From positions 388 to 64,387 of the forward strand of contig JAFSDK010000038.1 in NCBI GenBank assembly GCA_017436255.1: a stretch of DNA of 64,000 nucleotides. Reading direction: 5' to 3'. Under the pieces are notes generated by a model, which made no database searches, was not told the origin of the DNA, and worked only from the letters and a program-made list of their open reading frames with translations. The stretch is from Clostridia bacterium (GTDB taxonomy: Bacteria; Bacillota; Clostridia; Oscillospirales; Acutalibacteraceae). Positions 8,318-15,757 of this stretch are shown here, piece after piece (position 1 is the first letter of the stretch; every line of letters starts with the position of its first letter). The position numbers and the translations under genes were made by a program.

Positions 8318-8348
8318 GTTAACCACGACAGTTAGTGTCATAGTTAAA
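8318..8348. promoter_or_regulatory. 31-bp imperfect palindrome, copy B of a motif shared with 13835-13865
   Basis: GTTAACCACGACAGTTAGTGTCATAGTTAAA versus CTTAACCCTGACAACTAGTGTCAGGGTTAAA: 24/31 identical. Consensus TTAACC-NN-GACA-NN-TAGTGTCA-NN-GTTAAA. It lies in the 99-nt gap between the CYTH gene and the 406-aa/RHS genes. In the minus-strand RNA the two arm mismatches become G-U pairs. Confidence 0.6.
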
Positions 8349-8356
8349 AAAGTTTT

Positions 8357-9127
8357 TTAATAGTGCTCGTAATAACAAGAACCGGATGGGGACTGACACG
8401 AGTAACCGTCGAAGTTCCCACAAGACATACACACGCTTTCACCGGGCATCATTGAGTCGAAGTAGTCGTGCATATAATCGTCGGGATCCAAATAATCGAA
8501 TGTTCTGTTATAGTTCTTTGAAGCATGGAAAGCAGGTGCTTGAGAGGTAGCTTTTGTACTACTCATTCTCTCAAAGAATCTGCTCGATTTGCTTGGAACG
8601 TCAGGTACTTCCTTAAGGCTTTCCTTGTAAGCAAGAAAGCACTTGCGACGTGTAAGCATATCTTTGAAAATGTTCAAGATCACCTGCGCATCCTTTTCGT
8701 GTTCGGGCGCATACTCGATTTCAAGCTCAAAGTCTTTGTGTCCGAGATACTCATTCTTGTCAAGTACAGCTTCGCAGTGGGCATCCTTGAGCACAACGAA
8801 ACGTTGGGTAACAAGTTCACCTTGAAGTTTCAAGCCCATATCGGTAAACGCATTGCTTTCAAGTCCATTGCGGATTTCCATTTCGGTTTCCGTACTCTGA
8901 TCGCCGCCCGATGCGTGCTTTTTCATCGTTGCCTTATACTTTCCGTCTTTCAAGCGGATTCGGCAGGTCGTGTCCTGACTGTTCATCGAGAAGTCGTCGG
9001 TGTCAAAGTAGTAATTGACCTGCGTGGTGAGGGGCTTTTGAATCAATGGACTCTCATAGCCCAAGTGTTCCATCAGATAGTCATACTCATCTTCTGTGAG
9101 CAGTAATTTCTTTTCAAGTTCAGTCAT
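8357..9127 (-). CDS. CYTH-domain (triphosphate tunnel metalloenzyme / class IV cyclase-like) protein with a Cys/Tyr-rich C-terminal tail
   Basis: N-terminal MTELEKKLLL carries the ExExK signature. Its ATG overlaps the ligase stop (ATGA) and AGGAGG lies 8 nt upstream. The tail ends ...PGESVCMSCGNFDGYSCQSPSGSCYYEHY. Confidence 0.7.
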   Translation of the reverse strand: MTELEKKLLLTEDEYDYLMEHLGYESPLIQKPLTTQVNYYFDTDDFSMNSQDTTCRIRLKDGKYKATMKKHASGGDQSTETEMEIRNGLESNAFTDMGLKLQGELVTQRFVVLKDAHCEAVLDKNEYLGHKDFELEIEYAPEHEKDAQVILNIFKDMLTRRKCFLAYKESLKEVPDVPSKSSRFFERMSSTKATSQAPAFHASKNYNRTFDYLDPDDYMHDYFDSMMPGESVCMSCGNFDGYSCQSPSGSCYYEHY

Positions 9128-10500
9128 AGCATTTTCCTCCTGATGATTTTTCCGGAACCGTTTTTTGGTATTTCATCTAACAGATTGATTCGTGCGGGTA
9201 TTTGATATGTCGAAAGATTGCACCGGCAAATATCCTTCACTTCAGAAACATCAGAGAAATCACCTGTGATATTAAGTTCAATCTGTACACCTAATTTATC
9301 ATCCGTATAGCCGCGAACAAAGACGTCCTTTACACGATAGTCAAGTTTTAGCGCACTTTCAATCTCCTGCGGATAAATATTCATTCCCGCTTTTATAATC
9401 AGATCGTCGCTGCGTCCTTTAATCTTTAACAAGCCTTCCTCAGTAAACAGAGCTAAATCACCGGTACACAACCAGCCATCCTTTAACACTTCCGAAGTCT
9501 TTTCGGGATTGTTGTAATAACCTGCCATAACATTATCGCCTTTTACCCACAGTGTACCGATTTCATTCGCATTAACCGGAAAACCATCAGGGGAAAGAAT
9601 CTTTAAAGAAATCGAACGCAACGGCACACCCACACAATCAGCGTGTTCTCTGAATTTATTTGGTGGCAGATATGAAACTCTCGGACACGCTTCTGTAAGA
9701 CCGTAGATATGATATACATCCGCATTTGGAAACGCTTCGGATATATGTAGACCTGTTTCCATGCTCATGCATTCGCCGCTGATACAAATATGACGCAAAA
9801 AATCATTATCCGTTTCCCTTTTAAATCGCGCCATCATAGAAAGCAACGTGGGCGTTCCGCAAAAAGCGGTTATACCGTATATTTTCAACATCTTAAGAAC
9901 AATCGCTGGATTAAACGTGCCGGAATAAAAACGAATTTTTACTCCTTTTACAAGAGCGGTTAAAAACTCTCCTGTAAGGACCGCACAGTGATACAAGGGT
10001 CTTGAAATCAATATTGTGTCTGACTTTTCCATACCAAAATAAAGAGCAATATCAGATACATTTGTCATTACATTGGATTCAGTCAACATTGCACCCTTTG
10101 GCACTCCTGTTGTTCCAGATGTACACATAATCAATGCGGGATGAATACATGGTTCCTTGTAAACGGAATCCTTAATATAAATAATATGAAAATCCCCATC
10201 CTGATCGGTAATTACAGCGTCCGGGCTAATGGCGTCTAAAATTTTATTACAATGTAGCTCACCGTATCTTTGCGACAACGGTAACGCTGTCACACCTGCC
10301 GCAAAACAGCTAAGCAGCGCCATACTCGTTGCGATCTCAGACTGACATAAAATAGCGCAACACTTAATACCCTTCAACCTTTTTGAAAATTCTTCTGTAA
10401 AAACTATCACCTCTTCAAATGTCATTGAAACATCGTTCTCACAGATTTCCTGTTGCAGATTTAACTGCATTTTATTTTTGAGATACTTCCACAGTTTCAT
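9124..10500 (-). CDS. ANL-superfamily adenylate-forming ligase (acyl/aminoacyl-AMP ligase, probably loads the adjacent ACP)
   Basis: Motifs MCTSGTTGVPKG, YGLTE, WLCTGD, GRSDDLIIKAGMNIYPQEIE, PKNGSGKIIRRK. I chose the start at ATG 10500 (AAGGAG 7 nt upstream) rather than the ORF-track start at 10530. Confidence 0.85.
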   Translation of the reverse strand: MKLWKYLKNKMQLNLQQEICENDVSMTFEEVIVFTEEFSKRLKGIKCCAILCQSEIATSMALLSCFAAGVTALPLSQRYGELHCNKILDAISPDAVITDQDGDFHIIYIKDSVYKEPCIHPALIMCTSGTTGVPKGAMLTESNVMTNVSDIALYFGMEKSDTILISRPLYHCAVLTGEFLTALVKGVKIRFYSGTFNPAIVLKMLKIYGITAFCGTPTLLSMMARFKRETDNDFLRHICISGECMSMETGLHISEAFPNADVYHIYGLTEACPRVSYLPPNKFREHADCVGVPLRSISLKILSPDGFPVNANEIGTLWVKGDNVMAGYYNNPEKTSEVLKDGWLCTGDLALFTEEGLLKIKGRSDDLIIKAGMNIYPQEIESALKLDYRVKDVFVRGYTDDKLGVQIELNITGDFSDVSEVKDICRCNLSTYQIPARINLLDEIPKNGSGKIIRRKML

Positions 10501-11503
10501 TTTCAAGCTCCTTTTCTGCTTTATCAACAAGCAATGTTAGTAAATATTTTTCTTTGTCGGCCAAATTTAAAAGTTTCTTCTTAATAATTGGCAAAACAGA
10601 ATCCCTGCGTTTCATATGATGCGAAGCATACAACATACGCATCATATCCGCATCAGAAACTACGCTCTTATACTGCTCACTAATCTCATCCGTCAAATTC
10701 AAGCATTGTTCGATACATACTATTCTCTCAAGCATTGCCTTTTTATGTTCCCAAATCAAGCGGAACACACGCCTATCCATTCGTTCATAAGGGATATCTC
10801 CGTTATAAAGCTTCGTCACATATTCTGCAATATACTCATGAACTACTAAACCATAAGCATTGCCCTCTTCATCAAACGGATGTTTTTTTAAATCCGAATC
10901 AAGATATTCTTTAATCTTTTGGCAAGCAATCTTAGGGGAAAATTCGATTTTATCCCCCTTTACCTTTAATCCACAGAAACGGCTAAAAATGCCCTTTTTT
11001 CGCATTGCAACTCTTCCTGCATTAAAGTCTTTTTGTGACACCCAAAACTTTTGATAGATCCAATTACTGTCATAGGCATAAACACAATAGGTTTTATCGT
11101 TTTGGTCATATCCACAAATTAAACCGTCGTGGCTAAAATGACGTTCTTTATACCAGCTTTTTCCTTTTATATAAAAATCATCTACACGGCCGAAAGCAAC
11201 ATAAAAGCCCTTATCGAGCATTTGGCGTATGATCGGGTTAATATAACCGTTTGTAAATTCTGAAGATAACCAATATCTATCTAAATACGGGTTAACAGAC
11301 CACGATGAGCCTGCAATAGTTATTTGAGGTGTTGTGAAACCAGTTAAGAATTTTTTGCTGCATGTAAGATTCATCACCTGATTGAGATACCAATTACGCA
11401 CAGACTGATTGTTTCCTATAATAGCAGTTCCCGGTCCTTGGTAGTGATAAGTTTGATACAACGGTTCTATCAATGGTAATTCAACATGCTTATTCATTTT
11501 CAT
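10472..11503 (-). CDS. Hypothetical 343-aa protein; possible papain-fold (C39/BtrH-like) transferase
   Basis: ORF track, trimmed to MKMNKHVELPL because the longer N-terminus overlaps the ACP gene. The only motif I can point to is SHDGLICGYDQNDKTYCVYAYD, an H-x4-GYD pattern typical of papain-like peptidases/acyltransferases. I recognise no family with confidence. Confidence 0.5.
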   Translation of the reverse strand: MKMNKHVELPLIEPLYQTYHYQGPGTAIIGNNQSVRNWYLNQVMNLTCSKKFLTGFTTPQITIAGSSWSVNPYLDRYWLSSEFTNGYINPIIRQMLDKGFYVAFGRVDDFYIKGKSWYKERHFSHDGLICGYDQNDKTYCVYAYDSNWIYQKFWVSQKDFNAGRVAMRKKGIFSRFCGLKVKGDKIEFSPKIACQKIKEYLDSDLKKHPFDEEGNAYGLVVHEYIAEYVTKLYNGDIPYERMDRRVFRLIWEHKKAMLERIVCIEQCLNLTDEISEQYKSVVSDADMMRMLYASHHMKRRDSVLPIIKKKLLNLADKEKYLLTLLVDKAEKELENETVEVSQK

Positions 11504-11735
11504 CACCGCAATATTTAGCAACCATATCAATAACATTTTGTACAGTGCCAAGATCAAAAGGATTCATGTCTGCTTCGTCTAATTCAATATCAAAAGCTTC
11601 TTCTATTTCAACAAGCATAGTTACCATCATAAGACTGTCAAGTGCAAGATCTCCTTGTAAATGGTCAGTATTTTCAACGGTTTCTTCGCCACTGAGTTCG
11701 CATAAAATTTCCTTTACCTTAGTTTCGATATTCAT
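11490..11735 (-). CDS. Acyl carrier protein
   Basis: 81 aa, acidic, with the phosphopantetheine-site motif GDLALDSLMMV. Its ATG overlaps the upstream stop (ATGA). Confidence 0.8.
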   Translation of the reverse strand: MNIETKVKEILCELSGEETVENTDHLQGDLALDSLMMVTMLVEIEEAFDIELDEADMNPFDLGTVQNVIDMVAKYCGDENE

Positions 11736-12367
11736 TTATTCATCACCCTTTCCACTTCTCTTTTTACAATTGCATAACATTCCTCAATAGGCATTTCAGT
11801 AGATATCAATACACCGTTATTCGCTCTGCAAATTTTAATATATTCATCTCTAAGCTTATGTTGGAGTTCCATATCAATATATCTGTCCTTCTCTTCGATA
11901 CGGCTCCTTACACGTTTTACAGCGGTTTCAACCGGAACATCAAAAAAGAATGCAACATCCGGTTTAACAACTGACTCAGCAATCTCATAAATCCACTGGT
12001 CGTTTTCAAAACCACGTGCACGTAAATTAGCAAGACAGGAATAAAAATATCTATCACTGATAACAACATTACCCTGTGCCATCTGCGGTTCAATAACTTT
12101 ATTAACATGCTGCAAACGATCACTGGCCGCCAAAAGTGACAAACTTCTATAGTCGTAAGCATCATGGTCAGGATTATCCATATAGGTTCTAAAAATATCT
12201 GATTCTCGAACCGCATTGGTAGGTTGTTTTGTCTTGAAGGTTTGAAACTTTTCTCCCAATTCCTTTTCAAGCCTGGTTAACATTGTGCTTTTACCACAGC
12301 CATCAAGTCCACAAAAGGTAAATAAAAATCCCGGTGTATTATTAGGTCTCATATTTAGAGTCTTCAC
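11732..12367 (-). CDS. Thymidylate-kinase-like P-loop nucleotide kinase
   Basis: FTFCGLDGCGKST P-loop (compare the FEGLDGAGKST type), ISDRYFYS, lid-like RVRSRIEEKDR. GTG start with GGAGG upstream. Overlaps the NTase gene by 26 nt. Confidence 0.7.
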   Translation of the reverse strand: MKTLNMRPNNTPGFLFTFCGLDGCGKSTMLTRLEKELGEKFQTFKTKQPTNAVRESDIFRTYMDNPDHDAYDYRSLSLLAASDRLQHVNKVIEPQMAQGNVVISDRYFYSCLANLRARGFENDQWIYEIAESVVKPDVAFFFDVPVETAVKRVRSRIEEKDRYIDMELQHKLRDEYIKICRANNGVLISTEMPIEECYAIVKREVERVMNK

Positions 12368-13439
12368 TATGATTCACCTCCTCCAAAAGTGCCTTTCTGT
12401 TATCTGCAAAAAAGCGTTCTAGAATATTGCGTTCCGTAAAAACCAATTCCTTTTTATCCTTTGGAGAAATAATTCTGTGAACAAAATCCAAATCATAACC
12501 CAATGCTTTTGTAGCAACTTCTATTGCATACTGATTTCTAAAGTTAAACAATTCTGCCGTATGCAATACAGCGAATGCGCAAACTTTTTCCATACTAAGC
12601 TTCTCTGCTCTGTCAAAAATGGAATCAACATATTTCTCGTCAGCATCGTTAAGAAGCATATAAATATCGCAATATTTGTACAAAGTCATATCGCGCATCA
12701 TTTCCACCCACGGCAGAGTTGTAGCTTCCTTATAAAGATGACTGCACAAATGAACAAAGAAATCATCTGCTCTCAAAGTGCGAACTCTGAAATCCCCCAA
12801 CTTCACAAACAGCGTGTTATTCATCATCTCTTCAAGAAGATCTGTATCTCCCGGTTTGTAATCCAACGAGAAATTAATATCAACCTCCAAAAACTGCATT
12901 CCGGGAAGATTAGTTTCCTTAATATACGGTACGGTCTCTCCGCGCATCATTTTAGATTCAATTATTTCCTTGCGTGTTGCAGCTTCGAATTTACCGTTGC
13001 GAACATTGCCCTGTTTAAATCCGGCAACAAGCAATGCATTTCCCACCTCTGTAACATCCTTAGGGTGTACAAGCAAATCAATATCATTTGAAGTTCTATA
13101 ACCTTCTGGATATGCTTTACAGAGATAGGCACCTTTTAACATCGCATATTTGCATTCACAACTGGAAAGTGCCTTCTCCACAAATTCAACACACTGAAAA
13201 AAGCTGTTGTTTTTTTCGATGCTTTGCATAGACGCACCCTTAAGAGAATTTCTAAATTCTCGATTTACCTTACCTAACAAGCCATGTTTCTTAAGGATTC
13301 CATAGGCTACTGCCTGCATACGGTTAAAGAACAAGTGTCCCAAAACTGTAGGTGTGGCAGCATCAAGCAAACTCTCGTCAAAATCCATCTCCTTGAAACT
13401 ACATAAACTTTTAAATAATTCTTTTTCCTTTTGTCTCAT
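12342..13439 (-). CDS. Nucleotidyltransferase-fold protein (uncharacterised NTP_transf_5-like family)
   Basis: YAMLKGAYLCKAYPEGYRTSNDIDLLVHPKDVTEVGNALLVAGF matches the LKG...R..DiDlLV...a..L...Gf pattern I recall for that family. 365 aa. Confidence 0.6.
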   Translation of the reverse strand: MRQKEKELFKSLCSFKEMDFDESLLDAATPTVLGHLFFNRMQAVAYGILKKHGLLGKVNREFRNSLKGASMQSIEKNNSFFQCVEFVEKALSSCECKYAMLKGAYLCKAYPEGYRTSNDIDLLVHPKDVTEVGNALLVAGFKQGNVRNGKFEAATRKEIIESKMMRGETVPYIKETNLPGMQFLEVDINFSLDYKPGDTDLLEEMMNNTLFVKLGDFRVRTLRADDFFVHLCSHLYKEATTLPWVEMMRDMTLYKYCDIYMLLNDADEKYVDSIFDRAEKLSMEKVCAFAVLHTAELFNFRNQYAIEVATKALGYDLDFVHRIISPKDKKELVFTERNILERFFADNRKALLEEVNHSEDSKYET

Positions 13440-13452
13440 AATAAATTTCCTT

Positions 13453-13800
13453 TCAATTTTTTTGTTTTGTATATTGCGAGATAATAAACTTCAGCAAATT
13501 GTTTTCTTCCATACTCAGATTACATACAGCTTTTTCATCTGCGAATTTAGATAATTTATGTAATACAGATAATTCTTTATCGGTCATATACATTCTGCTC
13601 ATTGAATAATCGTCTGTGACAAAAACTCCTCCATATCTACCACACTGGGTATAGATAGGTTCCATAACACTTAGTACTTCTATATCTCGCAAAATCGTTC
13701 TTGTGGAAACGCCGAACTCTTCTGCTAAATTTGAAATTGTTTCGTGTCTTCTCCGGCACAGTACACGCATTATTTCTGTCCTTCGTTCAGCAGTTCCCAT
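13453..13800 (-). CDS. Small HTH transcriptional regulator (DeoR/YafY-type N-terminal HTH, no obvious ligand domain)
   Basis: MGTAERRTEIMRVLCRRRHETISNLAEEFGVSTRTILRDIEVL. I chose the start at ATG 13800 (AGGAGG 7-8 nt upstream). It ends 13 nt before the NTase gene. Confidence 0.7.
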   Translation of the reverse strand: MGTAERRTEIMRVLCRRRHETISNLAEEFGVSTRTILRDIEVLSVMEPIYTQCGRYGGVFVTDDYSMSRMYMTDKELSVLHKLSKFADEKAVCNLSMEENNLLKFIISQYTKQKN

Positions 13801-13834
13801 TCGTACTCCCTCCTTTCTTGAACACAGTTTAAAA

Positions 13835-13865
13835 CTTAACCCTGACAACTAGTGTCAGGGTTAAA
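13835..13865. promoter_or_regulatory. 31-bp perfect palindrome, copy A (TTAACCCTGACA-ACTAG-TGTCAGGGTTAA), candidate operator
   Basis: 12-bp perfect arms. The centre lies about 50 nt upstream of the regulator ATG. It shares 24/31 positions with 8318-8348. Confidence 0.6.
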
Positions 13866-13879
13866 CTAAAAAAATAAAA

Positions 13880-13921
13880 AATTCCAAATCAATGTGTGTA
13901 TTACATTGATTTGGAATTTTT
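13880..13921. terminator. Strong bidirectional rho-independent terminator / insulator
   Basis: 16-bp perfect stem AATTCCAAATCAATGT / ACATTGATTTGGAATT with a 7-nt loop, an A-run before and a T-run after. Confidence 0.75.
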
Positions 13922-14294
13922 CACTGCGACAATAAAGGCCCCATATTGCAAAAAAGATAAAAACTATGGATTGCAATTCGAAGCAACCATTTCTGAATTA
14001 CATTTATACAACTTTACTGAAAAAGATATTTATAAAATAACAAATCGCTCATTCAATAAGATTAATATATGAACGAATTCTTTACTTCTCTTGCCATAAT
14101 TTCAAGTTTTAGTGTGTTTTCATCAAAAGTTAAGATAGTTTCTATAAGTGGCCATAAATACAGTCTCATTTTTAACAACTATACTATAGCCTATCTGATT
14201 TTGAAAAGTTTTGCAACAATACCGTCAAAAAATGAAGTGTTATTATAGTGGTTCGATTAGCCTATGTATTTATTTTTTAATGGCATTTTAATAA

Positions 14295-14432
14295 CACTCG
14301 GGAACATCAAGGGAGGTAGGCGTAAACCTTAAGCAGGGTTACAACGGCGATTTAACATCTAAGCAGGCCGGCTCAATCGGTGGACAGATGGTTAAGAAGA
14401 TGATCGAATCTTACGAAAATAGCATGAAATAA
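14295..14432 (+). pseudogene. 5-prime-truncated alpha/beta-type small acid-soluble spore protein gene
   Basis: My translation gives HSGTSREVGVNLKQGYNGDLTSKQAGSIGGQMVKKMIESYENSMK*. The part from EVGVNLKQGYNGDLTS onward matches the conserved C-terminal half of alpha/beta SASPs. An in-frame TAA lies at 14292-14294 and no start codon follows, so about 30 N-terminal residues are missing. Its own terminator is retained. Confidence 0.65.
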
Positions 14433-14445
14433 ATTTTATAGCACA

Positions 14446-14478
14446 AAAGACAGAGCAATATATATTGCTCTGTCTTTT
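14446..14478 (+). terminator. Rho-independent terminator of the SASP relic
   Basis: AAAGACAGAGCAAT-ATAT-ATTGCTCTGTCTTT followed by T. Confidence 0.7.
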
Positions 14479-14532
14479 ACTTATGAATTGATTTTTTACC
14501 GATTTTATGGTAAAATAACTCTGGTGATTTTC

Positions 14533-15690
14533 ATGAATTTAAAAATTGGTTTACTTAATGATTCTTTCCCGCCCACTATTGATGGTGTTGCTAACTGTGT
14601 TAAAAACTATGCGGATATTATTGCTGCCAATTACGGTACGCCAACCGTTATAACCCCTGAATATCCACACGTTATAGACAACTATCCATACGAAGTTTAC
14701 AGATATTCTTCGGTTAAATTCAGGGGCAAAATGCCATACCGTGTTGGTAACCCCTTCTCACCCGCTTCAATACTAGAATTAAAAAGCAAAGGGTTTGATA
14801 TACTGCACAATCACTGTCCGTTTGCTTCAGGTTTGCTTTCTCACTATATTGCCGGAAAAAAAACGCCCATAGTTTTTACATACCACACTAAGTTTGATAT
14901 TGATATTGACAATTTTGTGCACAACGAACAGTTTAATACCATATCTAAAAAGTTCATTCTTAACAACATAAATTATTCCGATGAAGTTTGGTGTGTATCT
15001 CATGGCTCGATTGAAAGTCTTAGAAATCTCGGCTATAAGGGTAACGTACACGTTATGCCTAACGGCACTGATTTCAAAAAAGGCAAATCTAGTATCGGTG
15101 CAATTAATGACATCAGGCGAATCTATAAAATTGACGAAACTACGCCCGTATTTGCATTTTGCGGACGTATGATGTGGTATAAAAACATTAAACTAATTCT
15201 TGATGGACTGAAACTACTTAAAAATGATGGATACAAATTTAAAATGTTGTTTATTGGTGGTGGTCCGGACCGCGCCGCAATTGAACAATACTCAAATTAT
15301 TTAGGCTTATCTGCTTACGTTGAATTTACCGGACCAATTTATGACCGTGAAAAGTTACGCGCAATTTACAGTTGCATAGATATGCTTCTTTTCCCTTCAA
15401 CATACGATACTTCGGGACTTGTTGTCAAGGAGGCTGCCGCATGTGATTGTGCAGCCCTACTAGTTAAAGGAAGTTGCGCCAGCGAAGGTATAACAGATGG
15501 CGTTGATGGTGTTTTGATTGATGAAACACCAAACAGTTTGGCGTATACGCTGGCTAAGGTAATTAATACGGAGGGTTTGTTTGAAAAACTTGGAAAAGCA
15601 GCATCCAACAATATATACTTCACTTGGGAACAGGCCGTTGAGAAAGCATACGAGCGTTACCAAAATATAATTGATAAAAAATCTAAATAA
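14533..15690 (+). CDS. GT4-family glycosyltransferase (possibly a glycolipid synthase)
   Basis: MNLKIGLLNDSFPPTIDGVANCV N-terminus and the GT-B C-terminal E-x7-E region (STYDTSGLVVKEAAA). The start was moved from TTG 14488 to ATG 14533. Confidence 0.75.
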   Translation: MNLKIGLLNDSFPPTIDGVANCVKNYADIIAANYGTPTVITPEYPHVIDNYPYEVYRYSSVKFRGKMPYRVGNPFSPASILELKSKGFDILHNHCPFASGLLSHYIAGKKTPIVFTYHTKFDIDIDNFVHNEQFNTISKKFILNNINYSDEVWCVSHGSIESLRNLGYKGNVHVMPNGTDFKKGKSSIGAINDIRRIYKIDETTPVFAFCGRMMWYKNIKLILDGLKLLKNDGYKFKMLFIGGGPDRAAIEQYSNYLGLSAYVEFTGPIYDREKLRAIYSCIDMLLFPSTYDTSGLVVKEAAACDCAALLVKGSCASEGITDGVDGVLIDETPNSLAYTLAKVINTEGLFEKLGKAASNNIYFTWEQAVEKAYERYQNIIDKKSK

Positions 15691-15757
15691 TTTTTCAAGC
15701 GGTATTATGTATATTTAACTCATATTGTTGCAAAATACTAACAAAGGAGTTGATATT

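Noticed and set aside
8525-9106. 193-aa plus-strand ORF antisense to the CYTH gene, and 12477-13091 antisense to the NTase gene
   Set aside because: The sense-strand products carry clear family motifs and translational coupling. The antisense products have none.
10501-10530. Longer N-terminal extensions offered by the ORF track for several genes
   Set aside because: Genes affected: ligase (10530), unknown (11557), regulator (13848), GT4 (14488), mraY (32463), ftsZ (26895), ANL-CP (44570) and others. The extensions overlap the preceding gene or use non-ATG codons without an SD. Internal ATG/GTG starts with good SD spacing were preferred. These are judgement calls, not proven starts.
11917-12270. 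117-aa alternative-frame minus-strand ORF inside the Tmk-like gene
   Set aside because: It sits within a gene that has a clear P-loop kinase translation, and it has no independent start signals.
8357-13800. Assigning the seven-gene operon to a known system (Dlt D-alanylation, butirosin-type AHBA transfer, CBASS/Pycsar-type nucleotide signalling, AbiE-type NTase toxin-antitoxin)
   Set aside because: Each comparison shares only one or two components. There is no MBOAT or DltD, no ATP-grasp or PLP enzymes, and no CD-NTase or cyclase-plus-effector pair. The NTase motif is not the AbiEii type as far as I can tell. No known label was applied.
13880-13921. Long perfect inverted repeat, considered as a possible mobile-element end or att site
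   Set aside because: A single copy with a short loop and flanking A- and T-runs behaves like a bidirectional intrinsic terminator. No matching repeat, transposase or integrase is present in the window.
14295-14432. Possibility that the SASP-like frame is a functional short gene
   Set aside because: No ATG, GTG or TTG lies between the in-frame TAA (14292-14294) and the conserved region, and the conserved N-terminal half of the family is missing.
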